Below, piece after piece: positions 29,764 to 39,715 of a stretch of DNA of 64,000 nucleotides (its first letter is position 1; every line of letters starts with the position of its first letter). The stretch is from Bdellovibrionales bacterium (lineage in GTDB: Bacteria; Bdellovibrionota; Bdellovibrionia; Bdellovibrionales; UBA1609): the NCBI GenBank assembly GCA_965199825.1, contig OZ241329.1:1632001-1696000 (forward strand). Direction: 5' to 3'. The notes beneath the pieces were generated by a model. That model did not search any database. It was given only the letters and a program-made list of their open reading frames with translations, and was not told the origin of the DNA. The translations under genes and the position numbers were made by a program.

Positions 29764-30767
29764 CGAAGCCCGTCCTGCGCCAGATCGGCCACTTGCCTAA
29801 AAAACGAGGGGCCCTCAAACACAAGTGCCGAGTAAGTTTGGACAAGATTCGCCCCAAGTTTAAGTCGCTCAAAAACATCTTGCGGAGTCATCACTCCGCC
29901 ACACGAAACAATCAGCAAATCTTTACGCTGAGGTCCTAGTGCTTGAATTGTTTGCTTCAAAAAATCTTTTGATCGCTCAGCCAAAGGCAAACCCGAAACA
30001 CCGCCATCTTCGGGAAATTGCAAGCCTGACCGAATCTCACTGGATGAATTGGTCACCACAAAACCATCTATTCCTGCTTCAACCGCAACACTCAAAACCT
30101 CTTGAAGTTGTGATGCTGAAATATCGGGGCTTATTTTTAATAATAAGGGAGGCGTTTGGTCAGAAGATCTTTTACCTTGGGGCTCTTTGTTGCCCGCGAT
30201 GAGAGGCTCTAAAAAATTCTTTAATCGATCAGGTGATAAAAGCTCACGTAAGCCCGCTGAGTTAGGTGAGCTGATGTTAATCACAAATCCGTCAACCAAA
30301 CCCGAAAGCAAATGAAGACAGGTGAGATAATCATCCACCGCACCTTCAAGAGCAGTCGACGAGTTTTTGCCGATATTTGCAAACACCGGTGTAAATCGAG
30401 GTTGATACAATTTTTTGAGTCGTTTGATAACGGCTTCCACACCATCCGATGGAAAGCCCATCTTATTCCACAGCGCTTGCTGTTTAACGTCTCGCTTGAG
30501 AGTGATTCCGCGGTGACCCTTTTGGGGTCGCGGCGTGATGGTTCCGATTTCTAAAAAGCCGGGACCAAAGGTCCACCAATCCTCAATGCTCACTCCATCC
30601 TTATCCACTCCGCCCGCTATTCCTAAGGGATTTGTAAATTCCAAACCGCGCCAGCTAAATGAGCTCCACGACAATGTTTGAAATTCTTGGAAGCGACTTA
30701 AAAAACGAAGTGCCAGTGGCATTAGATCGTGAGCAGCTCTTGGGGGAAGCCATAACCAAGGTTTCAT
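29760..30767 (-). CDS. pyrD: Quinone-dependent dihydroorotate dehydrogenase
   Basis: NPLGIAGGVDK, EIGTITPRPQ, INISSPN, KISPD, GGVSG. Confidence 0.94.
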   Translation of the reverse strand: MKPWLWLPPRAAHDLMPLALRFLSRFQEFQTLSWSSFSWRGLEFTNPLGIAGGVDKDGVSIEDWWTFGPGFLEIGTITPRPQKGHRGITLKRDVKQQALWNKMGFPSDGVEAVIKRLKKLYQPRFTPVFANIGKNSSTALEGAVDDYLTCLHLLSGLVDGFVINISSPNSAGLRELLSPDRLKNFLEPLIAGNKEPQGKRSSDQTPPLLLKISPDISASQLQEVLSVAVEAGIDGFVVTNSSSEIRSGLQFPEDGGVSGLPLAERSKDFLKQTIQALGPQRKDLLIVSCGGVMTPQDVFERLKLGANLVQTYSALVFEGPSFFRQVADLAQDGLR

Positions 30768-32023
30768 CACCAAGCCTGGCCTCTCAGTTTGAGCGCGGTT
30801 TCGAGCCGCTGGAGCGAGACCGCCATCGCTGATGTTCTCATATCTAAATTGTTTGGTTTGGAAAATGCGATAACACGATCAAAAGCTCGAAACATAATTT
30901 CGCGCAGTTTATTTCGCACCTCTTCTTCGGTCCAAAATAACCAACCCAAATCCTGCACCCACTCAAAATAACTCACCACCACGCCGCCACCGTTGGATAA
31001 AATATCTGGCAACACCATCACACCATTTTTGTTGAGATAGTCACTGGCTTCGGCAGTCATTGGTCCGTTTGCGCCTTCAACAATAACTTTGGCTTTAATT
31101 CCGCGCATATTTTTTTCGTGAATCACACCGTCTAAAGCACAAGGAGCTAAAACATCGCATTCAACATGAAGCAAATCGTCATTGGTAATGGCTTGGGCAT
31201 CTGGGAAACCCTTAACCGTTTTTGTATCCTTCACGTAGCGAACAAGATCGGCAATGTTAATGCCTTTGGGATTATGAAGAGCACCTTGAACATCGCTCAC
31301 TGCAACAACTTTTGCACCAAGGGCATAGGCTTCGATGGCGGCATGCATGCCCACTTTTCCAAACCCTTGAACCGCAAGTGTACTTTCGGCAAATTTTTTA
31401 TTTAAAACCACCAACGCTTTTTCCATAATAAACACAACACCCAAACCGGTTGCGGCTTCGCGCCCAAGAGATCCACCAATTTCAACCGGCTTTCCGGTCA
31501 CAACACCGGTTTGTGAGTATCCCGTTTCCATTGAGTACTGATCCATCATCCACGCCATGGTTTGGCCATCTGTTCCCACATCGGGTGCGGGAATGTCTTT
31601 GTCAGTGCCGATAAATAAACCAAGTTCAGATGTGAATCGACGAGTGAGATTTTCGAGTTCGCGCTTTGACAGCTGATTGGGATCAACTTCAACTCCGCCC
31701 TTTGCCCCTCCGAGCGGAAGTCCCATCAGCGAATTTTTGTAAGTCATCAGCGAAGCAAGTGCTGCGACCTCTGAAAGATCAACCGCGGGATGATAGCGCA
31801 ATCCACCTTTGTACGGTCCGAGCACCTGATTGTGTTGCACTCGATATCCCATGAAGGTTTGGATTCGATCGTCATCCATTCGAACCGGAATCGAAACAAC
31901 TAAGGCTCTTCGCGGATGTCGCAATCGTTCCAGCGCATTGGGGTTGATCTTGATTATCTTCCCCGCGGACTCCACGGTAAGCATCACGTTTTTATATAGG
32001 GCGCCATCAGTTAGGCCGTTCAT
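30767..32023 (-). CDS. gdhA: Glu/Leu/Phe/Val dehydrogenase (glutamate dehydrogenase)
   Basis: GPYKGGLRYHP, GGAKGG, DIPAPDVGT, VTGKP, EGANGP, VSYFEWVQ. Confidence 0.92.
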   Translation of the reverse strand: MNGLTDGALYKNVMLTVESAGKIIKINPNALERLRHPRRALVVSIPVRMDDDRIQTFMGYRVQHNQVLGPYKGGLRYHPAVDLSEVAALASLMTYKNSLMGLPLGGAKGGVEVDPNQLSKRELENLTRRFTSELGLFIGTDKDIPAPDVGTDGQTMAWMMDQYSMETGYSQTGVVTGKPVEIGGSLGREAATGLGVVFIMEKALVVLNKKFAESTLAVQGFGKVGMHAAIEAYALGAKVVAVSDVQGALHNPKGINIADLVRYVKDTKTVKGFPDAQAITNDDLLHVECDVLAPCALDGVIHEKNMRGIKAKVIVEGANGPMTAEASDYLNKNGVMVLPDILSNGGGVVVSYFEWVQDLGWLFWTEEEVRNKLREIMFRAFDRVIAFSKPNNLDMRTSAMAVSLQRLETALKLRGQAW

Positions 32024-32119
32024 ACTTTTTGTCTCCTGCAAAAAATCTTATTGTACTGAATGGCTCGCTTCGAAGTCGAGCGTTTGCTCGGGTGCGACAT
32101 TTCATGCTACCAATTTTAA

Positions 32120-33154
32120 ATGCATGAAATCGAACTGAATCATGAAGTTCTCACAAAGCTTCAATCGGGGCTAAAAAGTCGATTACCTCAACTCAAAGGA
32201 AAAAAACTTCTTATTATTGGCGATATTGGCCTTGATGAATATGTGATGGGCGAGGTGAAGCGCATTTCACCTGAGGCCCCTGTTCCAGTTGTCGAAGTGA
32301 ATTCTCAGGATGAAAGATTGGGGCTTGCGGCCAATGTGGCCCAAAATGTTCAAAGCCTTGGTGGCACAGCGGAACTGGTTGCGGTGATTGGCCAAGATAT
32401 GGCGGCCGAAAAGTTGACTCATCTTTTAAAAAAAGCAGACGTCAATCCTGAGCATTTGATTTCATGTTCGGATCGACCAACCACCCGAAAACTTCGGATA
32501 ATGGCCGAACATCACCACATTGTGCGAGTGGATTTTGAACATCGAAAATTTTTAAGTCCTGAAGACGAAAGTCGAGTTCTCAAAAAAGTTTCGCATCTTT
32601 TAGACTCGGTCGATGCGGTGGTGATGGAAGATTATGCCAAAGGTGTGTTTAGCCAAACACTCTGCGCCGAGGTGATTCGCCTCTCTCATGAGGCGGGCAA
32701 AAAAGTGGTGCTCGATCCTCATCCAAAAACTCCGGTGCGTTTTTATCGCGGAGTTGATTTGCTCACTCCGAATCGTGACGAAGCCTTAGCACTTTCGGGA
32801 TTAGTACTTGATGATTTAAGTGGCGATTCGCTATTAAAAGTCGGCGTCGAAATTATGAAAAAAATTGGCAACTCCCAACTTGTAATTACTCGTGGAAAAG
32901 AGGGAATGAGTTTGTTTTCTGACAATCATGTCACTCGACTTCCCACTTACGCTCGGCAAGTTTTTGATGTCACAGGAGCAGGCGATACGGTGATTGCCGC
33001 AATGACTTTAGCATGGGCCTCTGGTTTTAATTTGACCGATGCATGTGCGTTGGCGAATTTTGCTGCCGGTGTTGTTGTGGGTAAGGTCGGTTGCGTTCCC
33101 TGTACTGTTCCGCAATTGATGGACTACATTGATTCTTTTGCTTTCACAAAATAA
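32120..33154 (+). CDS. rfaE1: D-glycero-beta-D-manno-heptose-7-phosphate kinase (stand-alone HldE domain I)
   Basis: RISPEAPVPVV, AANVA, DYAKG, TPN, DVTGAGDTV. Confidence 0.92.
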   Translation: MHEIELNHEVLTKLQSGLKSRLPQLKGKKLLIIGDIGLDEYVMGEVKRISPEAPVPVVEVNSQDERLGLAANVAQNVQSLGGTAELVAVIGQDMAAEKLTHLLKKADVNPEHLISCSDRPTTRKLRIMAEHHHIVRVDFEHRKFLSPEDESRVLKKVSHLLDSVDAVVMEDYAKGVFSQTLCAEVIRLSHEAGKKVVLDPHPKTPVRFYRGVDLLTPNRDEALALSGLVLDDLSGDSLLKVGVEIMKKIGNSQLVITRGKEGMSLFSDNHVTRLPTYARQVFDVTGAGDTVIAAMTLAWASGFNLTDACALANFAAGVVVGKVGCVPCTVPQLMDYIDSFAFTK

Positions 33155-33244
33155 CGAGACCTTTTTTTACCCCAAATTTTGGGAAGGATTGTCCCACAAA
33201 TCTAAGAATCGGGCTGAATCAGATTTTGATTTGGTGTTTCTATG

Positions 33245-33260
33245 TGGCCTTCGACTTGCA
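33245..33260 (+). promoter_or_regulatory. Putative sigma-54 promoter of BON/stress operon
   Basis: TGGCCTTCGACTTGCA (GG-N10-GC). Confidence 0.5.
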
Positions 33261-33271
33261 ATGTTGCAGTG

Positions 33272-33568
33272 ATGATTATTATTTTTTTGACCTCGCTCAT
33301 GTTTAATTTTTCGCACGCCAAAATACTCAACGCACAAGATCAAGGATCTTCATCGAGGCAAGTGAGCATCACTCGCCAGATTCGTCGCGATCTTATGGCG
33401 CAATCCAAATTATCTCTAAAAGCTAAAAATATTACGGTGGTGACCACCGGAAATTCGGTCTACCTCAAGGGCACCGTAAAAAATGGTCGCGAAAAAAGTT
33501 TGATCCAAAAAATTGCGTTAAAAAATTCGCGCTCTGCGAAAGTGATCAATAAAATCAAAATCCAATAA
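33272..33568 (+). CDS. BON domain protein
   Basis: Signal peptide; ITRQIRRDL...KNITVVT...VYLKGTV. Confidence 0.85.
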   Translation: MIIIFLTSLMFNFSHAKILNAQDQGSSSRQVSITRQIRRDLMAQSKLSLKAKNITVVTTGNSVYLKGTVKNGREKSLIQKIALKNSRSAKVINKIKIQ

Positions 33569-33578
33569 GGAGTGAGCG

Positions 33579-34151
33579 ATGGAAGAAAATAAAGCGGTCT
33601 TTGGTCTTTATGGAAGTCGTCCTGCTGTTGAACTCGGAGTTGATCGATTAAAGTTTCATGGATTTGCAAATTCTGACATATCGGTTTTGTTACCTGAAGA
33701 GGGCGGATCAGAAATGTTTGCCCACGCAAATTCAACCAAAGCCCCTGAGGGTGCTTCGGCTGGAGCAGGTACAGGTCTTATCGTGGGTGGTGCACTGGGT
33801 TGGTTGATCGGAATTGGTGCCCTAGCGATTCCTGGTGTTGGCCCCTTTATAGCGGCAGGTCCAATTGTTGCGCTACTTGCCGGTGCCGGTACAGGTGCCG
33901 CAGTGGGTGGATTAGCCGGAGCCCTCGTTGGAATGGGAATTCCCGAATATGAAGCCAAAAGGTTTGAGGGCATCATCAAGGGTGGCGGAATTTTACTTTC
34001 GGTTCACACCGCAAACTCTGAATTTGTTAAAAAAGCCCAAACTATTTTAGAAGAGACAGGTGCCCGAGACATTTCATGTACCGCAGAGGCCTCGGTTCGA
34101 CATCCCTTCAAAATTTCAAATACCAATAACAACCTGCCATTAAGGCATTAA
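33579..34151 (+). CDS. General-stress / glycine-zipper membrane protein (DUF3341-like)
   Basis: GF..SDISVL, GALAIPGVGPFIAAGP, GIPEYEAKR. Confidence 0.8.
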   Translation: MEENKAVFGLYGSRPAVELGVDRLKFHGFANSDISVLLPEEGGSEMFAHANSTKAPEGASAGAGTGLIVGGALGWLIGIGALAIPGVGPFIAAGPIVALLAGAGTGAAVGGLAGALVGMGIPEYEAKRFEGIIKGGGILLSVHTANSEFVKKAQTILEETGARDISCTAEASVRHPFKISNTNNNLPLRH

Positions 34152-34164
34152 TTAAGGAGAACAA

Positions 34165-34425
34165 ATGGACGATTCAATTCTAAAAGGAAAATGGAAAGAG
34201 ATTTCTGGCGAGATTTTAACCCAATGGGGCAAAATCACTGATAGCGATCTTCAACAAACCAAGGGCAATACCCAATCTATCATTGGTTTGATCGAGCAAA
34301 AATATGGTCATGCTAAAGAAGAGATCATGAACAAACTGCACCAAATCAGCGAGAGTTTTAAAGACCAAGCTGGCGATGCAGCGGTGAACAGCACCGACGC
34401 TACAAAACAAAAATTACGTCAGTAA
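34165..34425 (+). CDS. csbD: CsbD family stress protein
   Basis: KGKWKEISG...WGKITDSDL...G.IEQKYG. Confidence 0.88.
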   Translation: MDDSILKGKWKEISGEILTQWGKITDSDLQQTKGNTQSIIGLIEQKYGHAKEEIMNKLHQISESFKDQAGDAAVNSTDATKQKLRQ

Positions 34426-34433
34426 GCTTTATA

Positions 34434-34463
34434 TCCGCTCCCTTTAGTTTATAGGGGAGCGGA
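34434..34463 (+). terminator. Hairpin after csbD
   Basis: TCCGCTCCC...GGGAGCGGA 9-bp stem. Confidence 0.5.
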
Positions 34464-34492
34464 ACTTAAAACTGTGGTACGAACAGCACCCT

Positions 34493-35539
34493 ATGCTTAT
34501 GTCAGACAGTTTTTATAATTATTCGTTAGAAGATCTAGAAAAAAAAATCGTTGGACTTGGAAAACAGTCCTATCGCGCCCAACAGTTAATGAAATGGGTT
34601 TACCGCGAAAACATCTCCGACTTTAACGAGATGTCAAATCTCTCCAAAACATTTCGTAGTGAACTTCCACAAATGTTTTCTTTGGCTCTGCCAAAAATCG
34701 TCACCGAACAGTTGAGCTCTGATGGAACGCGCAAATTTCTTTTCGATATGGGCGGAAATTTAACCGTCGAGGCAGTGGCGATTCCATCTGAAGATCGAAT
34801 GACATTGTGTTTATCTTCTGAAGTGGGATGCAACATGGCCTGCAGTTTTTGTTTTACCGGAAAACAAAAACTTAAACGTCGATTAACCGCTGCCGAGATT
34901 GTGGGCCAATTTTTGGTTGTTAAAAATCGAATTCCCGAACGGTTAACAAATATTGTTTTTATGGGTATGGGCGAGCCACTCGACAATACCGATGCGGTAT
35001 TTAAATCGATCGAGATTTTTCATTCACCCTGGGGCCTAAATATCTCACGAAAAAAAATTACCGTTTCGACCTCGGGACTTGTTGACCGTATACCTTTGAT
35101 CACACAATCAGGCACACGACTCGCTGTTAGCCTGAATGCGGTCACTGATGAATTGCGCGATAAAATTATGCCGATTAATCGCAAATGGCCGCTCAAACAA
35201 CTCTTGGATGCTTGCGCTACACATTGCGCCGAAAGTCGTGACCGCGTCACTTTTGAATACGTCTTGCTTAAGAACGTGACAGACTCTTTAGAGCATGCAA
35301 AAAAACTTTATCAGATAACAAGAAGAGTACCGTGCAAGATCAATATTATTCCGTTCAATGAACATCCGGATTCGGAATTTCAGCGACCAGAAGAAGCACG
35401 CATTCAGAGATTTCAAGCCGAATTGATGAGGCTTGGAGCCCATGTGTTGAGAAGAAAAACCATGGGACGTGATATCTACGCGGCGTGTGGACAGCTCACC
35501 TCGGCTTTTGATCAGCATCCGGTACGTTTAGAGGGGTAA
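34493..35539 (+). CDS. rlmN: 23S rRNA m2A2503/tRNA methyltransferase RlmN
   Basis: CNMACSFC, VFMGMGEP, AVSLNA, INIIPFNE, AACGQL. Confidence 0.95.
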   Translation: MLMSDSFYNYSLEDLEKKIVGLGKQSYRAQQLMKWVYRENISDFNEMSNLSKTFRSELPQMFSLALPKIVTEQLSSDGTRKFLFDMGGNLTVEAVAIPSEDRMTLCLSSEVGCNMACSFCFTGKQKLKRRLTAAEIVGQFLVVKNRIPERLTNIVFMGMGEPLDNTDAVFKSIEIFHSPWGLNISRKKITVSTSGLVDRIPLITQSGTRLAVSLNAVTDELRDKIMPINRKWPLKQLLDACATHCAESRDRVTFEYVLLKNVTDSLEHAKKLYQITRRVPCKINIIPFNEHPDSEFQRPEEARIQRFQAELMRLGAHVLRRKTMGRDIYAACGQLTSAFDQHPVRLEG

Positions 35540-35541
35540 AC

Positions 35542-36468
35542 GTGGGAAAAATTTTGGTTGTGGGAAGCATTGGCTATGACACGATTGTAACCCCATCGGG
35601 TTCGGTCACCGAAACTTTGGGTGGCTCGGCGGTTTACTTTTCTTATGCAGCCTCACATTTTGCTCCAGTTTCGATGGTCGGCGTTGTGGGCACGGATTGC
35701 CGTAAAGAAGATATCGAATTATTAAAAAAAAGATCTGTAAACCTTGAGGGTTTACAAAAGGTCGAGGGCAAAACCTTTCGCTGGTCGGGCGAATATCAAG
35801 GTGATTTGAATCAGGCCATCACTCATAAAACTGAACTCAATGTTTTACAAAATTTTGCTCCCCAAATTCCAAAGAGTTTGCAAGATGCCGAATATTTATT
35901 TTTGGCCAATATCGATCCCGACTTACAGCTATCGGTTTTAAAACAAACCGAGCGGCCACGTATTGTGGGTGCGGATACCATGAACTTTTGGATTAGCTCT
36001 AAACGTGAAAGTTTGATGCAGCTCTTTAAGCATATTGATGTGATTTTAATCAACGAGGCCGAGGCCCAAGCATTGACCGGCAAACAGCACACTCTGCAAG
36101 CTGCAGTCGAGCTCAGTTCAAAAGGGCCAAAGGCTGTGATTATTAAAAGAGGTGAATATGGTTTTGCCCTTTTATATCAAAAACAGTTTTTTATCTTGCC
36201 CGCATTTCCTGTGATGGAAGTGATTGATCCAACTGGTGCCGGGGATACTTTTGCCGCAGGATTATTTGGTTCTCTTGCAAGTCAAAACGAAGACCTTAGT
36301 CTAGAAGCTTTAAAGCGTGCCTGTGTTGAGGGATTGTTGCTCGCAAGTTTTACCGTGCAAGGCTTTGGTCTGGATGGATTAAAAAACTTGGATGCAAAAT
36401 CGCTTGAGAAGCGTCGCCAAGATTATTATCAGGTGATTCAGCATCTGGATGAACGTCTCAGTTCATAA
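35542..36468 (+). CDS. PfkB family carbohydrate/nucleoside kinase
   Basis: LGGSA, DPTGAGDTFAAG. Confidence 0.9.
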   Translation: MGKILVVGSIGYDTIVTPSGSVTETLGGSAVYFSYAASHFAPVSMVGVVGTDCRKEDIELLKKRSVNLEGLQKVEGKTFRWSGEYQGDLNQAITHKTELNVLQNFAPQIPKSLQDAEYLFLANIDPDLQLSVLKQTERPRIVGADTMNFWISSKRESLMQLFKHIDVILINEAEAQALTGKQHTLQAAVELSSKGPKAVIIKRGEYGFALLYQKQFFILPAFPVMEVIDPTGAGDTFAAGLFGSLASQNEDLSLEALKRACVEGLLLASFTVQGFGLDGLKNLDAKSLEKRRQDYYQVIQHLDERLSS

Positions 36469-36498
36469 TTTGTACAGCTTTTCCGATACCTATCCAGG

Positions 36499-37383
36499 AT
36501 GGCTGATAAAAAAAGTAATGCTTTAGCAAAACGATTGATCGACGACTTGCTCGAAGATGAATCGCAAATCGTTTCTGAGGAAGATCTTCCTCAGTATCCG
36601 CATACGTCCGTCCATGCCGATGATCACACTGTGCCAGTGTCTTTGCCCGTAGAAGATGTGATTCAGGATCGCACAGAAATTTCGACAACCGATGACACAG
36701 TTAAAAAAAGAGATATGAGTTACGAGGCCGAAGATAAAGTGCGCGCAAGTGTGGGCCGCTTTGCAGGACTCAGAAATTCGTGGTCCTCTGCGGATGCTTC
36801 CTTAGCCCAAGCCGAAAACTTGCGCTTGGCGCAAAGTCGAATTTTAGAACTCGAAAGTGAAGTCGAAAAATTAAGGTCTAATAACGAGCAACTCGCAGCC
36901 GCTGGCGAAACCCTTCGTCAAAGAGCTGATGAGAACATGGCTGAATTTGAAAATCTTAAATCTCGTAACAATTCGATTGAGTCGGCTGCGGATGATGAAA
37001 AGCAGATCTTGCAAAATAATCTTTACGCTCGCGAAAAAGAACTTGGGATTTTGCGTACCAAAGTTGACGAGATGGAGATGCGCCTATCCACGAATATCCA
37101 AAAGATTCGGGTGCGCGAACGTGAACTCGAAAATCGTTTGGAACTTGTCAAAATGGAATCTCAAGCTTTACTTCGCAGTAAAGACGAGATGCTTTTAACT
37201 CTAAAAAGACAGATCGATCAGCTCAACCTTGAGCTCGAAAATTATCGTAACAAGGGCCAAGAACTCAATCGCCAGATTCAAGAAAAACAGGAATTGTTAC
37301 GTCGAACGGTGAAGGCGCTGCGCTTAGCGTTATCGATGCTTGAGGGCGATGACGAATCGTTAAGATTAAAGAAGGCAAAATGA
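36499..37383 (+). CDS. Coiled-coil hypothetical protein
   Basis: Acidic N-terminus, long heptad-rich region; ATGA-coupled to GGDEF gene. Confidence 0.8.
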   Translation: MADKKSNALAKRLIDDLLEDESQIVSEEDLPQYPHTSVHADDHTVPVSLPVEDVIQDRTEISTTDDTVKKRDMSYEAEDKVRASVGRFAGLRNSWSSADASLAQAENLRLAQSRILELESEVEKLRSNNEQLAAAGETLRQRADENMAEFENLKSRNNSIESAADDEKQILQNNLYAREKELGILRTKVDEMEMRLSTNIQKIRVRERELENRLELVKMESQALLRSKDEMLLTLKRQIDQLNLELENYRNKGQELNRQIQEKQELLRRTVKALRLALSMLEGDDESLRLKKAK

Positions 37384-38630
37384 TCTCGCGAATCTTGCTT
37401 TTGACGGATGAAAAAGGGGACTGCAAAATCACCCAACATTGTCAAAAGGCGGGCTTTGAAGTTGAGGTGATGACCTATTCTCAAATCAAGGGACATGTGC
37501 CTTTAGGCAATCATATTTGTTTATTTAATAATCCCAAAAATCCTCTGATGTTAAAAAGACTTTTGCAATTTGAGCAAAAAAATCCCGAGGTACCAAAGCT
37601 CTGGTGTGTCACAAAAAATGCGAAAATTCCTAAAACTTTGCTCAATCAATCGCTTGGAATAAAACCGAGCCAAAAACAAATCACAAACGCTCTTAGCCTT
37701 CTTCAAGAAGCGGCTCGCTGGAGCATGTCTCAGTATCCACGCTATAGCGAAACCAATGATATCTCGGCTCAACTCAAAGTTTTGGTTGGGCGATTAAGTA
37801 ATTTAAGTCCTAAAAGCAATGTGCGTTTCGTGATGCAAGAGTCATTGAATTTAATTTTAAAAACCGATCCCCAAATGCTTGATCTCGACAGTGGGGGCCG
37901 CCTCAGGCAAGCGCCATTTATCGTGAGCCATAGTAGCGTGGGCGAAAAAGAATTTTTAACCGAGCTGTCATCTGGGCATTCGCAATTTTGTATCAAGCTT
38001 GGTGCATTCGGAGTTTTGTTTTTTGAAAATACTCAGATTATTAACTGGCAGTTTTATCTCAACCAAATCGATTATGAAATTGAATGTGCTCTGACCTATC
38101 TTAATTTTGGGTTCGGGTTTTGGCAGGCCAAAAATCTTTCTTACATCGATGAGCTCACAGGGCTCTTCAATCAGAAGTATTTAGCCCTGCTCTTAGATCG
38201 AGAAATTGAGCGTTCTCGACGTCAAACCACAAATTTCACGGTTTTATTTCTCGATATCGATTATTTTAAAAGAGTGAACGATTCTAAGGGTCATCTTGTT
38301 GGATCAAAATTGTTAATTGCCTGTGCTGAAGTTCTCAAAGACTGTATTCGTCTATGTGATTTTGCTTTTCGCTATGGTGGCGACGAATTTGTGGTGGTCT
38401 TGCCCAATGCGAATGCTCAGGAATCTCAAGTGATTGCCCAGCGCATCCGTGCTCAAGTTGAGCAAACCCCATTTTTGATCGATGGCAGTGAAATTCGTTT
38501 GACCATAAGCATAGGTCTTGCGGCTTATCCGCAACACGCCGAGACCAGCGAACAAATTATTCGCATGGCCGATGAAGCTTTGTATCAAGGAAAAAACAAA
38601 AGCCGTAACATCGTGTATATTGCAAGTTAA
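37380..38630 (+). CDS. GGDEF dinucleotide cyclase, Hypr-type signature
   Basis: DELTGLFN, DIDYFKRVND, GHLVGS (Ser in place of Asp), RYGGDEF, RLCD I-site. Confidence 0.9.
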   Translation: MISRILLLTDEKGDCKITQHCQKAGFEVEVMTYSQIKGHVPLGNHICLFNNPKNPLMLKRLLQFEQKNPEVPKLWCVTKNAKIPKTLLNQSLGIKPSQKQITNALSLLQEAARWSMSQYPRYSETNDISAQLKVLVGRLSNLSPKSNVRFVMQESLNLILKTDPQMLDLDSGGRLRQAPFIVSHSSVGEKEFLTELSSGHSQFCIKLGAFGVLFFENTQIINWQFYLNQIDYEIECALTYLNFGFGFWQAKNLSYIDELTGLFNQKYLALLLDREIERSRRQTTNFTVLFLDIDYFKRVNDSKGHLVGSKLLIACAEVLKDCIRLCDFAFRYGGDEFVVVLPNANAQESQVIAQRIRAQVEQTPFLIDGSEIRLTISIGLAAYPQHAETSEQIIRMADEALYQGKNKSRNIVYIAS

Positions 38631-39715
38631 TGGCTGTGAAAAAAATTAAGATTATATTAAGTGATTTGCATTTGGGTGTGGGCCGTATTCTTGAATCGGG
38701 CCAGCTCAATCAGTTTGAAGAATTTTATTTTGACGAAAAGTTTGTCGAGTTCTTGCATTACTACAGCACCGGAAAATACGCCGAAACCGAAATCGAATTG
38801 ATTTTGAATGGTGATATTTTTAATTTTCTTCAGGTGGATTACAAAGGTCATTTTTTGACCGTCGATACTGAGGAAATCACCATCGATAAAATGAAGCGCA
38901 TTACCGATGGACACAGAGTTTTTTTTCAAGCTTTAAAAGAGTTCGTGAGTGTGAGTCATCGATCGATCAGCTACATCGTCGGAAATCACGATCAAGGAAT
39001 GTTCTGGCCAGGAGCGCGCCAATTTTTGAATACCTTGCTAGAGACAAACGTGCGCTACAAAAATTTGGTTTATTTTTTTGATGGGGTCCATGTTGAGCAT
39101 GGTCATATGCATGAGGCCGCCAATCGATTTGATGCCAGAAAGTTTTTTTTAAAAAAAGATTTGGCTGAGCCTATTTTAAATCTGCCATTTGGATCGCATT
39201 TCTTTGTCGAATTTGTTTTAAAGATCAAGCAGCATCATCCCCACGTAGACAAGGTCCGGCCCTTTTCAAAAATGCTTCGCTGGGCTTTATTTAATGAAAC
39301 CCTTTTTACCATCAAAAGTGCTTTTGCTCTGTTGTGGTATTTCTTTAAGGCCGCAGTGGTTCACGATCCCAGACGCTCATTTCCATTTAAACGAGTATTA
39401 AAAGTTTTGCTCGAAAGTGCTGTGTTTCCGGATTTAGGCGAGTCGGCTTTTAGAATTTTGCAAGATGAGCGCACCCATACCGTAGTTTTTGGTCACACCC
39501 ACGTTTATCAATATCGTCAATGGAATCAGAACAAAGAGTATTTTAATTCTGGATCTTGGACGGATATTACGTCGCTCGATATCACTTCACTTGGGAAAAT
39601 CACAAAATTGACATATATTCTTTTTGAATATCCCGAAGACGAGGGACGCCCGCGCGGCCGATTAAAAGAGTGGCGGGGGTATCACCGCATAGAAGAGGAC
39701 GTAGCTGTTTCATGA
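38630..39715 (+). CDS. Calcineurin-like metallophosphoesterase
   Basis: SDLHLG, NGDIF, GNHD, EHGH, GHTH, NSGSW. Confidence 0.9.
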   Translation: MAVKKIKIILSDLHLGVGRILESGQLNQFEEFYFDEKFVEFLHYYSTGKYAETEIELILNGDIFNFLQVDYKGHFLTVDTEEITIDKMKRITDGHRVFFQALKEFVSVSHRSISYIVGNHDQGMFWPGARQFLNTLLETNVRYKNLVYFFDGVHVEHGHMHEAANRFDARKFFLKKDLAEPILNLPFGSHFFVEFVLKIKQHHPHVDKVRPFSKMLRWALFNETLFTIKSAFALLWYFFKAAVVHDPRRSFPFKRVLKVLLESAVFPDLGESAFRILQDERTHTVVFGHTHVYQYRQWNQNKEYFNSGSWTDITSLDITSLGKITKLTYILFEYPEDEGRPRGRLKEWRGYHRIEEDVAVS